This document shows positions 35,980-40,296 of a stretch of 40,296 nt of DNA, in pieces. The position numbers were made by a program, and so were the translations under genes. How positions within the stretch are numbered: the first letter of the stretch is position 1; each line of letters begins with the position of its first letter. The DNA is from Sandaracinobacter sp. (lineage in GTDB: Bacteria > Pseudomonadota > Alphaproteobacteria > Sphingomonadales > Sphingomonadaceae). Under the pieces are notes generated by a model. That model did no database searches and was not told the origin of the DNA. It worked only from the letters and a program-made list of their open reading frames with translations. The DNA lies in NCBI GenBank assembly GCA_046316515.1, contig JBKDAC010000464.1:1-40296 (forward strand). The letters run 5' to 3'.

Positions 35980-36119
35980 ACAAGCTTTTTCCGCCCCGCC
36001 AGCCCACTCTGGCCGGCCTGCGCAGGAAGGCCGTGGCCCATAAGGCCCGACCGCCCCGTCCGTCAAGCAGCCGGTGGTGACATGCTGATGGGCACAGGCG
36101 TCAGGCCTGCCCCGGCCGG

Positions 36120-37004
36120 TCAGTGGCGATGGTCGAACACGTTCAGCAGGAATACGCGCAGCCGGTCGGCGACCAGCCCCATGCCCGGGCGCGACACCAG
36201 AACCGTCGTCGCATCGGGCAGCGGCGGGAGGCCTTCCGCATTGCTCAGCCTGTGCATGCCCGATGCAATGCTGCCCCGCGGCAGCACACCCACGCCCAGG
36301 CCGGCACCGATCGCGGAGACAACAGCCCCGCGCGACGAGCCCTCGAACACCAGGGTTGCGGCCACTCCGGCGTTGTCCAGCGCCTCCTCGGCCGCAGAAC
36401 GGATCGGGCACGGCGCTACCGTCGCGATCAGGCGGAGCGGCTGCCCGGACGCGCCAGGCCGCGCTTCGGGCTCGGCACCCTCAGCGACGCACCACACCAG
36501 TGCCTCGCGCAGCAGCTCCTCGCCGGCGCCGCGCCGATCCCCAACCACCGTCTCGATCCTGAGGTCGACCGCATCTGCCGCCTGAAGGGCTGCAAGATCG
36601 CCGGCCGACTCCGTGCGAACAATCATGTTCACCTTTGGAAAGGCCCGTGCAAAGCGGGCAAGCACCGGCGCCAGATGTTCGGCTGCAAAGGCTTCCGAAC
36701 AGCCGATGCGGACGTCGCCTTCCACCAGGGGCTCGGCCATCCGCCCGACCAGCTCGTCATTGGCGGCAAGGATCCGCCGCGCATAGCCCAGCAGCAGAGT
36801 GCCGGCTTCCGTCGGCTCCACCCCCCTGCCGCCGCGCTCGAACAGGCGGCATTCCAGCTGCTCTTCCAGCCGCTTCATCTGGAGGCTGATGGCAGACTGG
36901 GTCCTGAGCAACCGTTCGGCCGCCCTGGTAAAGCTCTTCACTTCAATGATCGTCACGAAACTGCGTAGTAGGTCTATATCGATGTTCCGCCGATGAGGCA
37001 TCAT
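36120..37004 (-). CDS. LysR family transcriptional regulator
   Basis: NIDIDLLRSF, SFTRAAERLLRTQSAISLQMKRLEEQL, LFER; AGAGGAG RBS. Confidence 0.93.
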   Translation of the reverse strand: MMPHRRNIDIDLLRSFVTIIEVKSFTRAAERLLRTQSAISLQMKRLEEQLECRLFERGGRGVEPTEAGTLLLGYARRILAANDELVGRMAEPLVEGDVRIGCSEAFAAEHLAPVLARFARAFPKVNMIVRTESAGDLAALQAADAVDLRIETVVGDRRGAGEELLREALVWCVAEGAEPEARPGASGQPLRLIATVAPCPIRSAAEEALDNAGVAATLVFEGSSRGAVVSAIGAGLGVGVLPRGSIASGMHRLSNAEGLPPLPDATTVLVSRPGMGLVADRLRVFLLNVFDHRH

Positions 37005-37337
37005 GACTCCTCTTGCGCAACCAACTGCCAGGCTCGCGCAAACTCCCCCCGCCGACAGATAACCGCAGTGATTCGCGGTCGATATCAATAGAAAGCGGAT
37101 TTGCGTTCCGACAAATTAGTAGGGCAAATGGAAGAGGTAGTATGATTGCACGAATGTCCGTGCAACAGGTTTTGGCAGCATAGCGACAATATCCATGCTG
37201 CAGGTGCCATCGCGCAGGGAAAAAGGCGATTCCCGATGGGCGCGGCCAAGGACGACAGCCTGGGCGCCCGAATCTCCACGGAACCTCCCAGGAACCCCCA
37301 CCCACAAGGCCGAGCGGCCGAAGCCAGACAGGCGAAG

Positions 37338-37961
37338 CTACTTGCCGACGTTGTAGGCGAGGCTCGCGTCGTCCAGCTGGAAGCCCACCAGAACCTCGAA
37401 GGTCGCCGCGCGAACCGCCGCCCGCACCTGTGGGTCCGACAGCGGATCGACCAGCGCGTCGGGCTCGTCCGCCCGGCGTTCGCGGGTGATGCGCTGCTGC
37501 ATCTCGGCCGGCAGAGTGACGGCCGAACGATGCACCTCGGCCCGAGCGCCACCGCGGGCTTCGGCCCTCAGGCCGCCTTCAGGAAACTGCAGCGTGACGC
37601 CGGTCATCTGCTTCGAAACCAGCACATTGCCACCCTGGGCAAGGCCGACGAACAGGGGCAGATAGACCTCCCGCGCGGGTCCAGCCTTGCGCCGCTGCGC
37701 CGTTACGATGAAGGCGACTTCGGTCGCCAGATACTCGGGCCCCTCGACACAGGCGCCCGTCACGTCCGAGATTTGCGCGGTGAAGTCGATCGCGTCCGCG
37801 TTCCGGCTCTGGGCTGGATCGAACTTCGTCAGGCTGCCCGTGTAGGTGGGGATGGCGACAGCCGGGCATGACGACCGCTTCACCAGAAGCGGGTTGCGAT
37901 TGCACGCGGTGAGGGCAAGCGCCGATACCAGGAGCCCGGCCACAAGAAATGCCTTCGACAA
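37338..37961 (-). CDS. Hypothetical lipoprotein divergent from ispH
   Basis: GGAGAGG RBS then TTG; lipobox LTAC; RSSCPAVAIP...FEVLVGFQL...LAYN. Confidence 0.8.
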   Translation of the reverse strand: MSKAFLVAGLLVSALALTACNRNPLLVKRSSCPAVAIPTYTGSLTKFDPAQSRNADAIDFTAQISDVTGACVEGPEYLATEVAFIVTAQRRKAGPAREVYLPLFVGLAQGGNVLVSKQMTGVTLQFPEGGLRAEARGGARAEVHRSAVTLPAEMQQRITRERRADEPDALVDPLSDPQVRAAVRAATFEVLVGFQLDDASLAYNVGK

Positions 37962-38075
37962 GAGCAACCTCTCCAAAAACCAGTCATGCCCCCACGACGA
38001 CAGAGTCCTTAGGCGCGACGCTTGGCCGTGGGAAGGGGCTTCATGGCGCCGGAAACTTCGCGTAAGGCGTTGGCC

Positions 38076-39020
38076 ATGGCTTCCCTTACTCCCCTTCGGG
38101 TCCTCGTCGCCGCCCCCCGCGGCTTCTGCGCCGGTGTCGAACGCGCGATCCAGATCGTCGAGCTTGCGCTCGAGAAACACGGTCCCCCCGTCTACGTCCG
38201 GCACGAGATCGTGCACAACCGCTTTGTGGTCGACAGCCTGAAGGCGAAGGGCGCCATCTTCGTGAAGGAGCTGGACGAGGTGCCCGACGGCGCCCAGGTC
38301 ATCTTTTCGGCCCACGGCGTTCCGAAATCCATCCCGGCGACCGCCCATGCCCGCGGGCTCGATTGGCTGGATGCCACCTGCCCGCTCGTCTCGAAGGTGC
38401 ACCGGCAGGCGGAGCGCATGGTGGATCAGGGCCGCCATATCCTGTTCGTGGGCCACGCCGGCCATCCAGAGGTGATCGGCACCTTCGGCCAGGTGCCCGA
38501 CAGCGCCATGACTCTGATCGAGACGGTGGCGGACGCGGAAGCCGTGCAGCCGCCGGAAGGGCCGCTGGGCTTCCTCACCCAGACCACCCTGTCGGTCGAC
38601 GACACCGCCGACATCGTTGCCACGCTGATGCGGCGGTTCCCGACGGTGCTCGGCCCCAAGGGCGAGGATATCTGCTACGCCACCTCAAACCGGCAGACGG
38701 CGGTGAAGGCGATCGCCCCGCAATGCCAGCTGGTGCTGGTGATTGGCGCGGAAAACAGCAGCAATTCCCAGCGCCTGCGGGAAGTGGCGGCCCGCGAAGG
38801 GGCCCGCGCCCACCTGATCCAGCGCGCGACATCGATCGACTGGGCCTGGTTCGAAGGCGTCACCACCGTCGGCCTCACTGCCGGCGCCTCGGCCCCGGAA
38901 GTTCTGGTGCAGGAAGTGCTCGACGCCATGCGCGCGCATTTCACCGTCAGCGCGACCGATGTCACCACCGCCACCGAGGAAGTGGTCTTCAAGCTGCCCC
39001 GCGCACTCGTCGCGGCCTGA
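38076..39020 (+). CDS. ispH: 4-hydroxy-3-methylbut-2-enyl diphosphate reductase
   Basis: [45 protein letters not shown]. Confidence 0.97.
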   Translation: MASLTPLRVLVAAPRGFCAGVERAIQIVELALEKHGPPVYVRHEIVHNRFVVDSLKAKGAIFVKELDEVPDGAQVIFSAHGVPKSIPATAHARGLDWLDATCPLVSKVHRQAERMVDQGRHILFVGHAGHPEVIGTFGQVPDSAMTLIETVADAEAVQPPEGPLGFLTQTTLSVDDTADIVATLMRRFPTVLGPKGEDICYATSNRQTAVKAIAPQCQLVLVIGAENSSNSQRLREVAAREGARAHLIQRATSIDWAWFEGVTTVGLTAGASAPEVLVQEVLDAMRAHFTVSATDVTTATEEVVFKLPRALVAA

Positions 39021-39041
39021 CCTCCCGCAGGGTTGAACGGC

Positions 39042-39983
39042 ATGGCCGTCTATACCGAGGTTCCGGCCGAAGCGCTGGAAGCCTTTCTTGCCGACTATGA
39101 CACGGGCGCCCTGGTTTCGGCCAAGGGCATCGCAGAGGGCGTTTCCAACTCCAACTTCCTCGTGGAAACGACGACGGCCCGCTATATCCTGACGCTCTAC
39201 GAACATCGGATCGACCTTGCCGACCTGCCTTGGTTCATCGCGCTGATGGAACATCTGGCCGATGCCGGCCAGCCGGTGCCGCGCCCCATCCGCGACCGCA
39301 GCGGACAGGCTTTGCAGACGGTCGCCGGCAAGGCCGCCTGCCTCATCCAGTATCTTCCCGGCGTCTCTGTCTCGAAGCCGACGGCCCCCCAGGCCCGCGC
39401 GGCCGGTGCAGCACTCGCCGGGCTTCACCTGGCGTCCGTCGGCTTCATGGCCGAACGCCCGAACATGCTGGGCCCCACCCACTGGGTCGAAACCGCCGCA
39501 GACCTTGCCCCGCGCCTCGACGAGATAGAGACCGGCCTTGCCGCCCGCGTCACCGAACGGGTCGCCGCCGTGTCTGCCGCATGGCCCCATCACCTGCCCC
39601 GCGGCACGATCCACGCCGACCTCTTTCCCGACAATGTGCTGATGCTGGGCCCAACGGTGACGGGCCTTATCGACTTCTATTTCGCCTGCACCGACCTGCT
39701 GGCCTATGATCTTGCCGTCCTGCATGCCGCCTGGGCCTTCCCGCCTGACGGTTCGGCGCCCCATCCCGCCCATTCGGAGGCGCTGCTGGAGGGCTATGAA
39801 TCCGTCCGCCCGCTGACGGCCGCCGAACGCGCCGCCCTGCCCCTGCTGGGCCAGGGAGCCGCGCTGCGTTTCCTCCTCACCCGCGCGCAGGATTGGCTTG
39901 CGCCGCCTTCCGACGCGCTGGTGCAGCGAAAGGACCCGCGCCCCTTCGCCCGCCGCCTGGACCATTATGCCCGACAAGCCTGA
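39042..39983 (+). CDS. thrB: Homoserine kinase (type II, APH-like)
   Basis: [39 protein letters not shown]; ispH-thrB-rnhA order. Confidence 0.95.
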   Translation: MAVYTEVPAEALEAFLADYDTGALVSAKGIAEGVSNSNFLVETTTARYILTLYEHRIDLADLPWFIALMEHLADAGQPVPRPIRDRSGQALQTVAGKAACLIQYLPGVSVSKPTAPQARAAGAALAGLHLASVGFMAERPNMLGPTHWVETAADLAPRLDEIETGLAARVTERVAAVSAAWPHHLPRGTIHADLFPDNVLMLGPTVTGLIDFYFACTDLLAYDLAVLHAAWAFPPDGSAPHPAHSEALLEGYESVRPLTAAERAALPLLGQGAALRFLLTRAQDWLAPPSDALVQRKDPRPFARRLDHYARQA

Positions 39984-40296
39984 GATCTGCATCACCACCG
40001 ACGGTGCCTGCAAGGGCAACCCCGGCCCCGGCGGCTGGGGCGCCATCCTGCAATGGAACGGCACGGAAAAAATCCTGTCGGGCGCCGAGTTCCAGACCAC
40101 CAACAACCGCATGGAAATGACCGCCGCGCTGAAGGCGCTGGAGGCGCTGAAGCGCCCGTCCGACGTGCGGCTCGTCACCGACAGCCGCTATCTGATGGAT
40201 GGCATCACCCACTGGATCCACGGCTGGAAGCGCAACGGCTGGCGCAACGCGGCCAAGCATCCGGTGAAGAACGCCGACCTGTGGCAGGCCCTGGAC
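39967..40296 (+). CDS. rnhA: Ribonuclease HI (3' end runs off window)
   Basis: [26 protein letters not shown]...TTNNRME...TDSRY...[10 protein letters not shown]...VKNADLW. Confidence 0.95.
   Translation, partial: MPDKPEICITTDGACKGNPGPGGWGAILQWNGTEKILSGAEFQTTNNRMEMTAALKALEALKRPSDVRLVTDSRYLMDGITHWIHGWKRNGWRNAAKHPVKNADLWQALD

Overview
A GC-rich alphaproteobacterial chromosome segment; the gene content and order are typical of Sphingomonadales (inference). It is mostly housekeeping: metG (partial), holB, TPP riboswitch-thiC, clpPX, an S9 peptidase, a transglycosylase-flhA-fliA trio, eno, a dgcA-like epimerase, tRNA-Cys, the Entner-Doudoroff operon zwf-pgl-edd-glk-eda, pcm-tolC-popZ-valS, an RND/MFP efflux pair, tRNA-His, a LysR regulator and ispH-thrB-rnhA (partial). 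Accessory or eroded parts are an IS5-family element inactivated by a 4 x 16 bp tandem repeat, a tyrosine-recombinase remnant, a GH97 remnant and a remnant of a secreted-protein gene. The best candidate for an undescribed system is a phage-free CI/Cro-like switch at 34086-35595. An S24 repressor is divergent from two translationally coupled small genes, and TAGG-N6-CCTA-like operators lie both in the divergent promoter and downstream of the small genes, directly upstream of the efflux operon. Also notable are short AT-rich in-frame patches inside several conserved genes, a readable riboswitch expression platform, a very short PopZ and two insertions in ValS. All calls come from reading motifs by eye; no searches were run.
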